A stretch of DNA of 64,000 nt from Candidatus Peregrinibacteria bacterium CG_4_10_14_0_2_um_filter_38_24 (GCA_002792535.1 PFOM01000039.1:8564-72563), one strand, 5' to 3'. Shown: positions 38,857-49,395, counted from the first letter of the stretch. The notes: a model not told the origin generated them from the letters alone. Numbers and translations are program-made.

Positions 38857-38867
38857 GTCTTTTCTAT

Positions 38868-38896
38868 TTCAATCCACACACGATTTTTGATATAAT
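38868..38896 (+). promoter_or_regulatory. pyk promoter with extended -10
   Basis: TTCAAT (38868..38873), a 17-nt spacer ending in TGa, then TATAAT (38891..38896). It lies 28 nt upstream of the ATG at 38925. Confidence 0.6.
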
Positions 38897-38924
38897 TTTT
38901 ACGAATAAATTTCCCTCATTTTTT

Positions 38925-40349
38925 ATGTTCCAAAAAAATACAAAAGTAGTTTGCACCCTCGGTCCATCAAGCGACAGCATAAACGAATTATTGGCTTTAA
39001 TAAAGGCCGGAATGAATATCGCAAGACTAAATTTTTCACATGGGACACACGAGCACCATCTGAAATTAATTAAAAACATTCATAAAGCTGAAAGTCTTAT
39101 GAAAACCAGAATTGGAATTCTTCAAGACCTCCAAGGCCCAAAAATCAGAATTGGAGAAATGCCACCAGAGGGCATCCAGATAAAAAAAGATGAGGTTTTC
39201 ACAATCACAATAAAAGAAATCACAGGAGAAAAAACAAAACACAAAACAATAATTCCCGTCACCTACAAAAACGTTTGTCGCGACGTAAAAAAAGGCGCAA
39301 CAGTTTTAATCAACGACGGATTACTTGAATCAGTAGTCATAAATAAGAAAAAAGACGAACTCATCTTGAAGGCAAAAACATCAGGCATAATCAAACACGG
39401 AAACGGAATAAATTTCCCAAATTCAACAATCTCCGCAAAAACAATTACAGAAAAAGACCTAAAAGACCTTGAATTTGGACTAAATAACGACGTAGATTTT
39501 ATCGCACTTTCATTCGTAAAATCAAAAAAAGATATCGAAGACTTACGAGCGCTAATTCAAAAAAAAGGCAAAAACACGCCAATCATAGCCAAAATCGAAA
39601 GACATGAAGCAGTCTCACATTTGAAAGAAATTATAAAAGCAACAGACGGAGTGATGGTCGCACGCGGAGATTTGGGCACAGATATCCCGCCGGAACACAT
39701 TCCATTAGTTCAAAAAAGAATAATTCATTTAGCGAACAAACACGGAAAACCTGTAATTACGGCAACGCAAGTCCTTCAATCTATGGTAAAAAATCCAATT
39801 CCGACAAGAGCCGAGATTTCAGACGCGGCAAACGCCGTCTTTGATCACACAGACGCAATTATGCTTTCAAATGAAACTGCAGTTGGCAAATATCCGGCGC
39901 GAGCCGCTTTGGTGCTAACAAAAGTCGCACACTCTGTAGAACAAGAAATGGAAAAACACAAAGAACTCAAAGAGTATAATTTTTCAAGCAAACAAAAAAC
40001 AAGATCCTCACTTATAGCCTGTGAAAATGCATGCGATCTTACCGTCAGAGCAAAAGCCGCCGCGATAATAACATACACAGACGACGGATTCACTCCGAAA
40101 CAAATCGCAAAATACCGCATATCCACGCCAATAATCACTTTTACCTCATCTGAAAAAACAGCACGAGAACTCACATTAGTCTGGGGAATAAACAAAGTTT
40201 TCGTTAAAAAATTCCCTCTAGACGCGAATAAAAAACTACAAAATATCGTAAATTTCATTGCACGAGAACACTTAGTAAAAAAAGGCCAAAAAATAGTGAT
40301 TATCTGTAACGCAAGTAGCACAAGCACAATATCAACATACAAATTATGA
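38925..40349 (+). CDS. pyk: pyruvate kinase
   Basis: 474 aa with KVVCTLGPSS, MNIARLNFSHG, and MVARGDLG. A C-terminal alpha/beta domain is present. Confidence 0.95.
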   Translation: MFQKNTKVVCTLGPSSDSINELLALIKAGMNIARLNFSHGTHEHHLKLIKNIHKAESLMKTRIGILQDLQGPKIRIGEMPPEGIQIKKDEVFTITIKEITGEKTKHKTIIPVTYKNVCRDVKKGATVLINDGLLESVVINKKKDELILKAKTSGIIKHGNGINFPNSTISAKTITEKDLKDLEFGLNNDVDFIALSFVKSKKDIEDLRALIQKKGKNTPIIAKIERHEAVSHLKEIIKATDGVMVARGDLGTDIPPEHIPLVQKRIIHLANKHGKPVITATQVLQSMVKNPIPTRAEISDAANAVFDHTDAIMLSNETAVGKYPARAALVLTKVAHSVEQEMEKHKELKEYNFSSKQKTRSSLIACENACDLTVRAKAAAIITYTDDGFTPKQIAKYRISTPIITFTSSEKTARELTLVWGINKVFVKKFPLDANKKLQNIVNFIAREHLVKKGQKIVIICNASSTSTISTYKL

Positions 40350-40837
40350 GGATAATGGGAATAGATCCAGGCACCGCCACAACCGGATTCAGCATCATAG
40401 ATTCAATAAAAGGAAAAATAAGTTTACTCGATTATGGCTGCATAAGAACACATTCTTCACTTCCTCAATGCGAAAGATTAAAACAAATTTCCGAAGACCT
40501 AACCGTGTTAATAGAAAAATGGGAACCATCCATGGCATCAGTTGAAAAACTTTTCTTTCAAAAAAATATAAAAACAGCAATGACAGTTGCAGAAGCTCGC
40601 GGAATAATTTTAGGAAAATTAGCGGAAACAAATATAGAAATCGGTGAATACACACCTCTCGAAATAAAATCAGCAATTTGCGGATACGGGAAAGCAGACA
40701 AAAAAATGGTGCAACAAATGATAAAAGCAATATTGGGATTACAAAGAATCCCCAAACCAGATGACGCCGCCGACGCAATAGCAGCAGCGATTTGCATGGC
40801 CAACAGCCATAATTTAAAACAACGCATACAAAAATAA
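40346..40837 (+). CDS. ruvC: crossover junction endodeoxyribonuclease RuvC
   Basis: 163 aa with MRIMGIDPGT (catalytic Asp), ...VEKLFF, and ...PDDAADAIAAAIC. The start overlaps the pyk stop (ATGA). Confidence 0.9.
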   Translation: MRIMGIDPGTATTGFSIIDSIKGKISLLDYGCIRTHSSLPQCERLKQISEDLTVLIEKWEPSMASVEKLFFQKNIKTAMTVAEARGIILGKLAETNIEIGEYTPLEIKSAICGYGKADKKMVQQMIKAILGLQRIPKPDDAADAIAAAICMANSHNLKQRIQK

Positions 40838-40841
40838 ATTA

Positions 40842-42167
40842 ATGAACAAATTCTTAGCGACACTTTGGGTCATAATAATCGCAGGATCAATAGTGATCAG
40901 CGTAGGCTTGTTTAAGCCAAAAAACGCCGTAGACGTCATAACCACAACGACAGAAAATTCCACAGAAAAATCTCCACAAACAACACCTCCAAATCAATCC
41001 ACACCACAAGACGTTAACGAAAATTCACCGACTTCATTAACAAAACTTGGAGACAAATATTTAGCAGAACATAAGCCAAAGGAAGCACAGGAAGCATATC
41101 AGAAAGCCGAAAAACTCGACCCATCTTCAACAAAAATAAAACTAAAAATTGCCCAAAGTTATCTTGACCAAAGAAACATCAACGCTGCAAAAGAAATCAT
41201 TAAACAATTAAACAAAGAAGATCCTGAAGTTAAATATTACACAGGAATCATCCTTTCCCTTTTTAAAGACAACGAAGGCGCAAAAAAAATCTTCACAGAA
41301 ATCTCCAAAACCAAAAATGATCCAAACAAAGAAAACGCTCAAAAATTCATAAACGCCTTCACTCAATTTTCGTATTACAAAGAAGGAGAACAAATATTTC
41401 TAGAAACTTTACTCGCGAAAGCAATGACAGAAGCAAAACAATTCGAACCAGCAATTCCACTCCTCTACGACGTAATTAACCAAAAAAACGATTACAAAGA
41501 CGCATGGATCGTCCTTGGATACGCCTACCTAAATACTGCAAAATATCAAGACTCGGTCGACGCGCTCATACAAGCCCTAAAACTCGACAACGAAAAACCG
41601 GAAACATTGTTTTTCCTAGGACTTTCTTACTCATTCATAAATGACGCAAACAAAGCAATCTTCTACCTCGAAAAAGCGAAATCATATGGATTCGCCCCAA
41701 AAGAAGAAATAGAAATCAGACTTGGAGACCTTTACACAATGAAAGGAGAATATAAAAAATCAGCACTTCTTTACGAAAAAGTTTTAGCCTCAGACACAAA
41801 AAATTTAAATCTCTACACAAAAGCAATTTGGGTAAACATAGAAAAATTAGAAAACACAAATCAAGCTTTAATCTTGGCAAAAAAAGCCTTATACGAAAAA
41901 CCATCGGAAGCAATGAGCTTCAACCTCGTAGGATGGGCACTTTCAAGTAAAGGCAATCTGGAAGACGCAAAAGCGTACCTCGAAAAAGCAATTGAATTAA
42001 ATCCAAAACTCGACGCCGCATATTTAAATTTGGGACAAATATACGAAAAAGGAAACCAACTGTCTTTGGCAAAAGATTTCTACACTAAAGCTTATTCTTT
42101 AGGACAAGGCAATAGCGTCGCAAGACTTGCCGCAAAAAAATATCAAAATCTAATAAAAATTAATTAA
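40842..42167 (+). CDS. membrane-anchored TPR-repeat protein
   Basis: 441 aa. It has an N-terminal TM helix (LATLWVIIIAGSIVISVGLF), a low-complexity T/P/Q linker, then multiple 34-residue TPR-like repeats (A..Y.KA..LDP pattern). Confidence 0.8.
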   Translation: MNKFLATLWVIIIAGSIVISVGLFKPKNAVDVITTTTENSTEKSPQTTPPNQSTPQDVNENSPTSLTKLGDKYLAEHKPKEAQEAYQKAEKLDPSSTKIKLKIAQSYLDQRNINAAKEIIKQLNKEDPEVKYYTGIILSLFKDNEGAKKIFTEISKTKNDPNKENAQKFINAFTQFSYYKEGEQIFLETLLAKAMTEAKQFEPAIPLLYDVINQKNDYKDAWIVLGYAYLNTAKYQDSVDALIQALKLDNEKPETLFFLGLSYSFINDANKAIFYLEKAKSYGFAPKEEIEIRLGDLYTMKGEYKKSALLYEKVLASDTKNLNLYTKAIWVNIEKLENTNQALILAKKALYEKPSEAMSFNLVGWALSSKGNLEDAKAYLEKAIELNPKLDAAYLNLGQIYEKGNQLSLAKDFYTKAYSLGQGNSVARLAAKKYQNLIKIN

Positions 42168-42177
42168 CCAAATAAAA

Positions 42178-42990
42178 ATGATAAAACTATTCGCAACATT
42201 AGCATTTATTCTAGGAACAGTTTTTGGAAGTTTTTTAAGTGTAATAATTTACAGAATAAAATCAAATAAAAAAGGAATTATATCAGGACGTTCAATGTGT
42301 CCATTCTGCAAAAAGAAACTAAAATTCAGATACTTAATCCCTGTCCTAAGTTGGCTTTTCCTTCGCGGAAAATGCGGATATTGCGGCAAAAAAATCGGAA
42401 TAAATTATTTGGCATTAGAGATTACAACAGGCCTGACATTTCTAGTTTTATTTCTAACATTCAATTTCGTAGAAATAAAATTTGACCAATTTTTCTTGAA
42501 TTATGAAATGCTAAAATTGTTCATTTTCTACACGATAGAATTTTTATTTTTAATGGCAATTTTCTTCTACGACCTGCAATACAAAGAAATTCCAGACAGG
42601 TTTTCAATCACAGCCATCATCTTGGCAATCACAGGAAATATTCTGCTAAACACAGTAAGTCCGTTAAATATGGCAATCGGAGGGATCTCAATTTCGCTAT
42701 TTTTCGCATTACAATTTTTACTTTCAAGAGGAAAATGGATCGGAGGCGGAGACTTAAGACTTGGCTTTCTTATAGGAGTTTTACTAGGATGGGAAAAAGG
42801 CCTTGTCGCATTAATAATAGCTTACATGGTAGGAGCACTTTTAAGTTTAATTCTCTTGGGAATGAAAAAATTAGACAGAAAATCGCAAATCCCATTCGGC
42901 CCTTTCTTGGTTACGGGAACACTAATCGCATTTTTCTTTGGACAACAAATTCTCGATTGGTATTTTGGAGGAATTTTTATAGGACTATAA
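42178..42990 (+). CDS. pilD: prepilin peptidase (A24 family)
   Basis: 270 aa with the Cys cluster CPFC...CGYC, two catalytic Asp motifs (YKEIPD and GGGDLRLG), and a polytopic membrane profile. Confidence 0.85.
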   Translation: MIKLFATLAFILGTVFGSFLSVIIYRIKSNKKGIISGRSMCPFCKKKLKFRYLIPVLSWLFLRGKCGYCGKKIGINYLALEITTGLTFLVLFLTFNFVEIKFDQFFLNYEMLKLFIFYTIEFLFLMAIFFYDLQYKEIPDRFSITAIILAITGNILLNTVSPLNMAIGGISISLFFALQFLLSRGKWIGGGDLRLGFLIGVLLGWEKGLVALIIAYMVGALLSLILLGMKKLDRKSQIPFGPFLVTGTLIAFFFGQQILDWYFGGIFIGL

Positions 42991-42997
42991 TTTACGC

Positions 42998-44578
42998 ATG
43001 AAAAAACTACAAATTCAAAACAACAAGAAAATATCATTTTTGAATAAACCACAGATGGATAAAAAAGTTTTACTCATAATTCTTGACGGCTACGGCGAAG
43101 GCAAAGATTATGCATACAATGCCGTAACAAGAAGTAAAACTCCATACATTAATGAACTCCGCAAAGATTACCCAACGACACTCCTTCGAACCGAAGGTAA
43201 TTGTGTCGGATTACCAAAAAATTCAATGGGAGGAAGCGAAGTCGGACATTTTACGATAGGCGCAGGCAGAATAGTATTTCAATCATTAGAAGAAATAAAC
43301 AAATCCATCCAATCAAAAAAATTCTTCAATCTCAAAGAGTTGAAAAAAGCGGCAAGACTCTGCAAAAAAAACAATTCCAAATTTCACATAATGGGAATGA
43401 TCTCAGATCAAGGCGTCCACGCCCATATAGATCACCTATTTGCATTGCTTAAATTTGCAAAAAAAGAAGGATTAAAAAAAGTATATATTCACGCAATTGC
43501 AGACGGACGCGACGTCCCTGAAAGATCCGCAGACAAATTTATAAAACAAATAAATTCAGCAATAAAAAAATTCAAAGTCGGAAAAATTGCAACAATTGTA
43601 GGCAGATATTACGCAATGGATCGTGACAAAAACTTTCTAAGAACAAAAAAAGCATATGATTTAATAACAGAAGGCAAAGGCACATTTGAAAAAAATGCCC
43701 TCACCGCCCTAAAAAACGACTACAAAAAAGGAACAAAAACCGACTATTATTTGAACCCAATCCTCCTAGACAAAAACGGCTTAATAGAGAGCAAAGACTC
43801 TGTCGTCTTTTTCAACTACAGAACTGACAGAGCAAAGCAATTAGCGGAATCATTGATAGAAAAAAAGTTCACAGGATTCAAACAAAATTCCACGCCACTC
43901 CCACACTTCGTATGCTTTGGACCATATTCAAAAATCGCTCCGGTTTTATTCAAAACAAACGAAGTAAAAAACAATCTCGGAAAAACATTATCAAAAAATA
44001 AAATTCACCAACTAAGAATCGCTGAAACCGAAAAATATGCACACGTCACTTATTTCTTCAATTCACAAGTTAAAGAACCTTACAAAAACGAAACTCAAAT
44101 AATGGTTCACTCTCCAAAAGTCCCATCGTACGCACAAAGTCCAGAAATGAGCGCACTAAAAATAAAAGGTCACATCCTTAAAGAATTGCACAAAAAACCA
44201 CAATATGGATTCATCGTCCTAAATTTCGCAAATTGCGACCTCGTTGGACATAGCGGAGATTTCAAGGCAACAGTAAAAGCAGTCGAAACTGTAGACAAAT
44301 GCCTATCAAAAATAATTCCTGAAGCACAAAAAAAAGGATACACAATCATGATCACAGCCGATCACGGAAACGCAGAATTCAAAAAATACGCAAACGGAGA
44401 TCAATGCCCAGCACATTCATTAAATCCAGTAATCTTCATTCTGATCTCAAAACTCGGCAAAAAACTCTCCTTACTGAAAAACAAAGATTTAGGACTTGCC
44501 TCGGTCGCCCCAACAATCCTAAAAGTAATGGAAATCCCGAAACCTAAAGAAATGACTGGAAAATGCCTAATTAAATGA
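42998..44578 (+). CDS. gpmI: 2,3-bisphosphoglycerate-independent phosphoglycerate mutase
   Basis: 526 aa with LLIILDGYG, SDQGVHAHIDH and ITADHGNAE. An alternative start at the ATG at 43055 (MDKKVLLIILDG) fits homologue N-termini better. Confidence 0.92.
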   Translation: MKKLQIQNNKKISFLNKPQMDKKVLLIILDGYGEGKDYAYNAVTRSKTPYINELRKDYPTTLLRTEGNCVGLPKNSMGGSEVGHFTIGAGRIVFQSLEEINKSIQSKKFFNLKELKKAARLCKKNNSKFHIMGMISDQGVHAHIDHLFALLKFAKKEGLKKVYIHAIADGRDVPERSADKFIKQINSAIKKFKVGKIATIVGRYYAMDRDKNFLRTKKAYDLITEGKGTFEKNALTALKNDYKKGTKTDYYLNPILLDKNGLIESKDSVVFFNYRTDRAKQLAESLIEKKFTGFKQNSTPLPHFVCFGPYSKIAPVLFKTNEVKNNLGKTLSKNKIHQLRIAETEKYAHVTYFFNSQVKEPYKNETQIMVHSPKVPSYAQSPEMSALKIKGHILKELHKKPQYGFIVLNFANCDLVGHSGDFKATVKAVETVDKCLSKIIPEAQKKGYTIMITADHGNAEFKKYANGDQCPAHSLNPVIFILISKLGKKLSLLKNKDLGLASVAPTILKVMEIPKPKEMTGKCLIK

Positions 44579-44584
44579 TAGAAT
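44576..44584 (+). promoter_or_regulatory. extended -10 (TGaTAGAAT) 7 nt upstream of the ATG at 44592
   Basis: The TG comes from the gpmI TGA stop codon (44576..44578). TAGAAT lies at 44579..44584 and the ATG at 44592. Confidence 0.45.
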
Positions 44585-44591
44585 ACGCACC

Positions 44592-45632
44592 ATGAAAGCA
44601 GTAATACTAGCAGGAGGAGGAGGAACACGACTTTGGCCACTCTCTGTAGAAGAGTCCCCAAAGCAGTTTCAAAAATTAGTATCGGAAAAAACACTTATAG
44701 AAGAGACTTTAGACAGACTGTCTTTTTTAGACCCAAAAGACATATATATAGCCACAAACAAAACCCACAAACCCCTTGTACAAAAAATTTGTACTAAAGT
44801 CCCAGAAGAAAACATAATAATAGAACCAGCGTTAAGGGATACAGCTTCATGTATCGGGCTTGCCGCCGCCATTATTGAAAAAAAACACCCAGGAGAAGTC
44901 ATGGCCGTCATCTACGCCGATCATTTAATAAAAAACAAAGCGGAATTTGAAGAAAAATTACGCATCGCCGAGTCTTTGGCAAAAGAAGAGCACACATTAA
45001 ATATAATCGAAGTAAAAGCATCTGAACCAAACACAAATTACGGCTACGTAAAACTCGGAGCTCTTCAAAAAAAGGAAAAAGACACAGAAATTTATATACT
45101 GGACTCTTTCAAGGAAAAACCAACACTCGAGCAAGCAGAAACCTTCATCAAAGAAGGGAATTATCTATGGAATACAGGGATTTATGTCTGGGAATCCTCT
45201 ACGATATTGCACTACTATAAGGAATACAAACCGGAGACCTACGAAAAACTCCAAAAAATCGCAGAAAATTTTGGTACACAAGCCTACGAAAATACGCTAG
45301 AATCGATTTACCCGACATTGGAAAAGATATCAATTGACTACGCAATCATGGAAAATGTTGACCCAAAAAACGTAAGAATCTTGAAATCAGATCTCGGATG
45401 GTCTGACATCGGAAACTTCGAAACAATCTGGGCAGTGCAAGGAAAAGACGCACAATCAAACGTAAAACGCGGCGAAGTGGCGACATTAGACACAAAAAAT
45501 TCATTAATATACAACGACACAGATAAAAAAATGGCGGTAATCGGCCTAAAAGACGTCGTAATAGTAAACACAAAAGACGGAATACTTATTTGCGACAAAT
45601 CACAATGTCAAAGAATTAAAGAACTTACGTAA
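44592..45632 (+). CDS. mannose-1-phosphate guanylyltransferase-like NDP-sugar pyrophosphorylase
   Basis: 346 aa with the N-terminal MKAVILAGGGGTRLWPLS nucleotidyltransferase loop. Length and layout match ManC/CpsB N-terminal domains. Confidence 0.85.
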   Translation: MKAVILAGGGGTRLWPLSVEESPKQFQKLVSEKTLIEETLDRLSFLDPKDIYIATNKTHKPLVQKICTKVPEENIIIEPALRDTASCIGLAAAIIEKKHPGEVMAVIYADHLIKNKAEFEEKLRIAESLAKEEHTLNIIEVKASEPNTNYGYVKLGALQKKEKDTEIYILDSFKEKPTLEQAETFIKEGNYLWNTGIYVWESSTILHYYKEYKPETYEKLQKIAENFGTQAYENTLESIYPTLEKISIDYAIMENVDPKNVRILKSDLGWSDIGNFETIWAVQGKDAQSNVKRGEVATLDTKNSLIYNDTDKKMAVIGLKDVVIVNTKDGILICDKSQCQRIKELT

Positions 45633-46030
45633 TGGACAAAGTTGAAATAAAATTAAAGCCATGGGGGCGTGAAATCTGGTTTGCCCATACTGACAAATAC
45701 GCAGGGAAGATCCTGGAAATAAAAAAAGGACACCGCTATAGCCTGCAGTACCATGAGCAAAAGTCGGAAACTCAATATATTTTGAGCGGAAAAGTGAAAC
45801 TTATCCACGGCACAGAGATAACAAACCTGCAAGAGAAAATTTTAAATGCTGGTGACAAATTTGACATAACTCCATATACTATCCACCGCTTAGAAGCCTT
45901 AGAGGACAATACTAAGGTATTTGAGGTATCAACGCCGGAACTAGACGATGTCGTAAAACTAGACGACGACTATGGGAGATCAGGAAAAGGAAACAACGCA
46001 GGGCTTGATGAGTCATTACACAATCAATAA
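45632..46030 (+). CDS. cupin-domain protein (type II phosphomannose isomerase-like)
   Basis: 132 aa with KPWGREIWF...SLQYHEQKSETQYILSG, a cupin motif equivalent to the C-terminal domain of bifunctional ManC. Its start overlaps the preceding stop (TAATG). Confidence 0.75.
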   Translation: MDKVEIKLKPWGREIWFAHTDKYAGKILEIKKGHRYSLQYHEQKSETQYILSGKVKLIHGTEITNLQEKILNAGDKFDITPYTIHRLEALEDNTKVFEVSTPELDDVVKLDDDYGRSGKGNNAGLDESLHNQ

Positions 46031-46057
46031 AAATTTAAATAATAATAAAACACAACC

Positions 46058-49000
46058 ATGAAAAGATTTTTATCTTGGAAAATAGTAGGAATAATTCTTA
46101 TCGCTCTATTTTTAGGGTTTTATGACTTATCTCCGGAAATACAATCAAAGCTTGTTCCATTTACTCCAGAAGCACTAAAGACAACAAGGCTACAGCTTGG
46201 TCTAGACCTTCAAGGAGGTTCACAGCTCGATTATAAAATCGACTTAAGAGACGTTCCTGAAGAATATCAACAAGATATCATCGAAGGAGTCATGGATGTT
46301 ATTACAAAACGTGTAAACGGCCTCGGAGTCGCCGAACCAAACATTTATATTGCAGATCTTCCAGGTGAAAAACACATAGTTGTTGAATTGGCGGAAAACG
46401 CTCAAATCACACAAACGGATGTAGACAAATACCTTAATATAGGGAAAAAAGCGGAAGAAAAAAGGACAGCCGACACATTAACGTCAGATGAAAGCAAAAA
46501 AGTCAGCTTGGAAAAAGCAAAAGAAACAGTCGGAAAAACAATTCAACTTGAGTTCAAAGAAAAGAAAGAATCTATCGACCCACAAGAAAAAGAGAAAGTA
46601 AAAGAAAATGCATTGATCGCACTTAACGACATGAAAAAAGGACAAAGCTTCGAAGTCGTAGCACAAGAAGAATCCCTTATAAATCCAGAAAAAGTAAAAT
46701 ATAACAAACCTGACTATCAGACAGAAGATCAACTTCCAAGCACAATTAAAGACGCTCTTGGGAAACTAAAAATCGGAGAATACACAAAAGAATTAGTTGA
46801 GACCGGAGGAACTTTCGTAGTGGACGACACAGGCAACGCAGTCGAAGACACAGGCCTTGGAGTAATAAAACTTATCGACAAACAAGAAGAGAAACTAGAC
46901 AAAAAAGAAGTATCAGTAAGCCACATTTTAATTTCATACAAAGACGCAAAAAGAGCTGACGAATCCGTCACAAGAACACAAGACGATGCAAAAAAACTTG
47001 CAGAAGAATTAAAAACAAAACTTGAATCAGGAGAAGATTTCGCAAAACTTGCAAAAGAATATTCAGACGACAAGAGCAATAAAGACACAGGTGGAGTTCT
47101 AGACAATCCTGTAAAAGGAGACGGAGCATACGCATATGATTTTGAAGACGCATCCCTTAAATTAACAAAAAAAGACGAATTAAGCCCTGTTACAAAAACA
47201 GAATTCGGATACCACATTATTAAAGCTAGCGACGTTAAAACATCAGTAAACCAAGTAAAATACAAATACGAATCACTCGTATTCTCTACCCTTCCTGACG
47301 CATGGCAAGACACAGATCTTACAGGAAAATATTTCGTACACGCAGACGTACAATTGGATAATTTCTACCAACCATTCGTAGCAATCCAATTCAACGACGA
47401 AGGAGCAAAACTATTCGAAGAACTAACAGCCAAAAACGTCGGAAAACCTATCGCGATATTCGTGGGAGGAAACAAAATTTCAGCTCCAAAAGTAAATGAA
47501 AAAATAACAGGAGGAAAAGCCGTAATTCAAGGAAGCTTCACAAGTGAAGAAGCAAAAGAATTGGCAAGAAACCTAAACACAGGAGCTATCCCCGCACCAA
47601 TTATTCTTTCAGGAGAATACACAATCGGAGCAACACTCGGAGAAGAAGCCCTAAATCAAAGCATGATTGCAGGACTTATCGGACTATTTTTGGTCATGGC
47701 ATTCCTAATCTTGATGTACAGACTTCCTGGAATTTTCGCCAGCTTCGCCCTTCTCATTTACATAAGCATCTTACTTTTCGTACTAAAATCTCAACTTCCA
47801 ATGTGGGCGGCACTGATAATTTCAATCACGACATTTGTCTTCCTCCTAACGAAAATCATAAACAGCAGAGACTCAGGATGGGAAAAATTCATATCATTTA
47901 CCTTAAGCTGTCTCGCATTCTTCTTCCTCACAGTGATTCTAAAAAGTGGAGTAGTAATGACACTTGCGGGAATCGCCGGAGTAATTATGTCTATTGGAGT
48001 CGCTGTTGATGCGAACGTCCTTATTTTCGAAAGACTTAAAGAAGAATTAAAAACAGGAAAAACTTTCAATGCCGCACTTGACGCCGGATTCGACAGAGCA
48101 TGGGCCGCAATCAGAGATTCAAACTTCTCAACACTTATCACTTGTGCAATCTTGTTCTACTTCGGTAGCTCAATGATTAAAGGATTCGCAATGAATTTAT
48201 CCATAGGTATCGTAATCTCAATGTTCACAGCAATCATTGTCACAAAAACTCTACTTAAAACAATGGTAGGAAAAGAAATAACACAAAATTTAAAATTGCT
48301 TGGAGTCAATCCTAATGCAAAACCAAGAGAACAAATTCACTTCATGAGAAATGCAAAGAAATTCTTAACAGTATCAGCAACATTATTCATTCTTTCAATC
48401 CTTTCTTTCTTCGTAATTGGAGCAAATCTTGGAACAGATTTCACAGGAGGAACACTTCTAGAATTCCAATTTGAAAAACCTATAACAAAAGATGAAATAG
48501 CTAAAGCTTTGGTGAATGCAGGAGACGAACTAAAAAATCTTGGAGGATCAATCATGGAAACAAAGAAAGAAGGCAAAACTTCAGAAAAATCTGTTATAGA
48601 CGCTTCAGGAACTTCAACAACCGACAAAGCAATAGTAACTGACGATTCACAAAAGTCAGAAGAAGTTATAGATCTTGCTTCAGCCAAAGTATTAGGATCT
48701 GGAGAGAACGGATACATCATAAAAACAAAGTATCTAACGTCTCAAACTCACGAAAAATTACTATCAATATTAAAAGACAAACTCCCAACATTCGAAGAAA
48801 AAAGATTCACAACAATGGGACCTATCGTAGGATCAAGCATTCTACAAAAATCACTTATCGCAGTACTTTTAGCCTCAGTAATGATCATCCTTTATATCTC
48901 TTTCGCATTCAGGAAAATCCCAAAACAATTAAATCCATGGAGATTTGGAGTCGCAGCCATCGTCGCACTTATCCATGACATAACAATCGTAACAGGAATC

Positions 49001-49378
49001 TTCATTGTTCTTGGAAAAGTCTTAAACGTCGAAATAGACGCACTATTTATTACCGCAATGCTTACAGTCCTTGGATACTCCGTAAACGATACAATCGTCA
49101 TCTTCGACAGATTGCGTGAAAATATTCTTACATACGGAAAACTGAATGATTTCGCACAAGTTACCGACGATGCATTAAATCAGACACTAAGAAGATCTAT
49201 CGGAACAGCATTGTCAACAATCATCGCCCTAACATCAATACTTATATTTGGAAGCTCAAGCATCTTCTACTTCATCCTAGCGCTTACAATCGGTATTATG
49301 TTCGGAACATACTCATCAATATTCGTAGCATCACCAATGCTGGTTTATTGGAAAGCATGGTCTGACAAACAAAAATAG
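46058..49378 (+). CDS. secDF: fused protein-export membrane protein SecDF with parvulin-type PPIase insert
   Basis: 1106 aa. SecD hallmarks are LGLDLQGGSQL, ITKRVNGLGVAEPNI, and a 6-TM block. The SecF part follows in the same frame with a second 6-TM block. A parvulin-like segment (SHILISYKD...FGYHIIKASD, approx 46908..47235) sits inside the first periplasmic domain. Confidence 0.9.
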   Translation: MKRFLSWKIVGIILIALFLGFYDLSPEIQSKLVPFTPEALKTTRLQLGLDLQGGSQLDYKIDLRDVPEEYQQDIIEGVMDVITKRVNGLGVAEPNIYIADLPGEKHIVVELAENAQITQTDVDKYLNIGKKAEEKRTADTLTSDESKKVSLEKAKETVGKTIQLEFKEKKESIDPQEKEKVKENALIALNDMKKGQSFEVVAQEESLINPEKVKYNKPDYQTEDQLPSTIKDALGKLKIGEYTKELVETGGTFVVDDTGNAVEDTGLGVIKLIDKQEEKLDKKEVSVSHILISYKDAKRADESVTRTQDDAKKLAEELKTKLESGEDFAKLAKEYSDDKSNKDTGGVLDNPVKGDGAYAYDFEDASLKLTKKDELSPVTKTEFGYHIIKASDVKTSVNQVKYKYESLVFSTLPDAWQDTDLTGKYFVHADVQLDNFYQPFVAIQFNDEGAKLFEELTAKNVGKPIAIFVGGNKISAPKVNEKITGGKAVIQGSFTSEEAKELARNLNTGAIPAPIILSGEYTIGATLGEEALNQSMIAGLIGLFLVMAFLILMYRLPGIFASFALLIYISILLFVLKSQLPMWAALIISITTFVFLLTKIINSRDSGWEKFISFTLSCLAFFFLTVILKSGVVMTLAGIAGVIMSIGVAVDANVLIFERLKEELKTGKTFNAALDAGFDRAWAAIRDSNFSTLITCAILFYFGSSMIKGFAMNLSIGIVISMFTAIIVTKTLLKTMVGKEITQNLKLLGVNPNAKPREQIHFMRNAKKFLTVSATLFILSILSFFVIGANLGTDFTGGTLLEFQFEKPITKDEIAKALVNAGDELKNLGGSIMETKKEGKTSEKSVIDASGTSTTDKAIVTDDSQKSEEVIDLASAKVLGSGENGYIIKTKYLTSQTHEKLLSILKDKLPTFEEKRFTTMGPIVGSSILQKSLIAVLLASVMIILYISFAFRKIPKQLNPWRFGVAAIVALIHDITIVTGIFIVLGKVLNVEIDALFITAMLTVLGYSVNDTIVIFDRLRENILTYGKLNDFAQVTDDALNQTLRRSIGTALSTIIALTSILIFGSSSIFYFILALTIGIMFGTYSSIFVASPMLVYWKAWSDKQK

Positions 49379-49395
49379 AACTAAGAAAATAAAAC

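Noticed and set aside
46729-47313. 194-aa minus-strand ORF (and similar ones at 47791..48141, 48337..48720, 55036..55716)
   Set aside because: They are antisense to secDF and the RND transporter, both continuous ORFs with recognisable family motifs. Their S/F/L-rich composition is typical of antisense frames.
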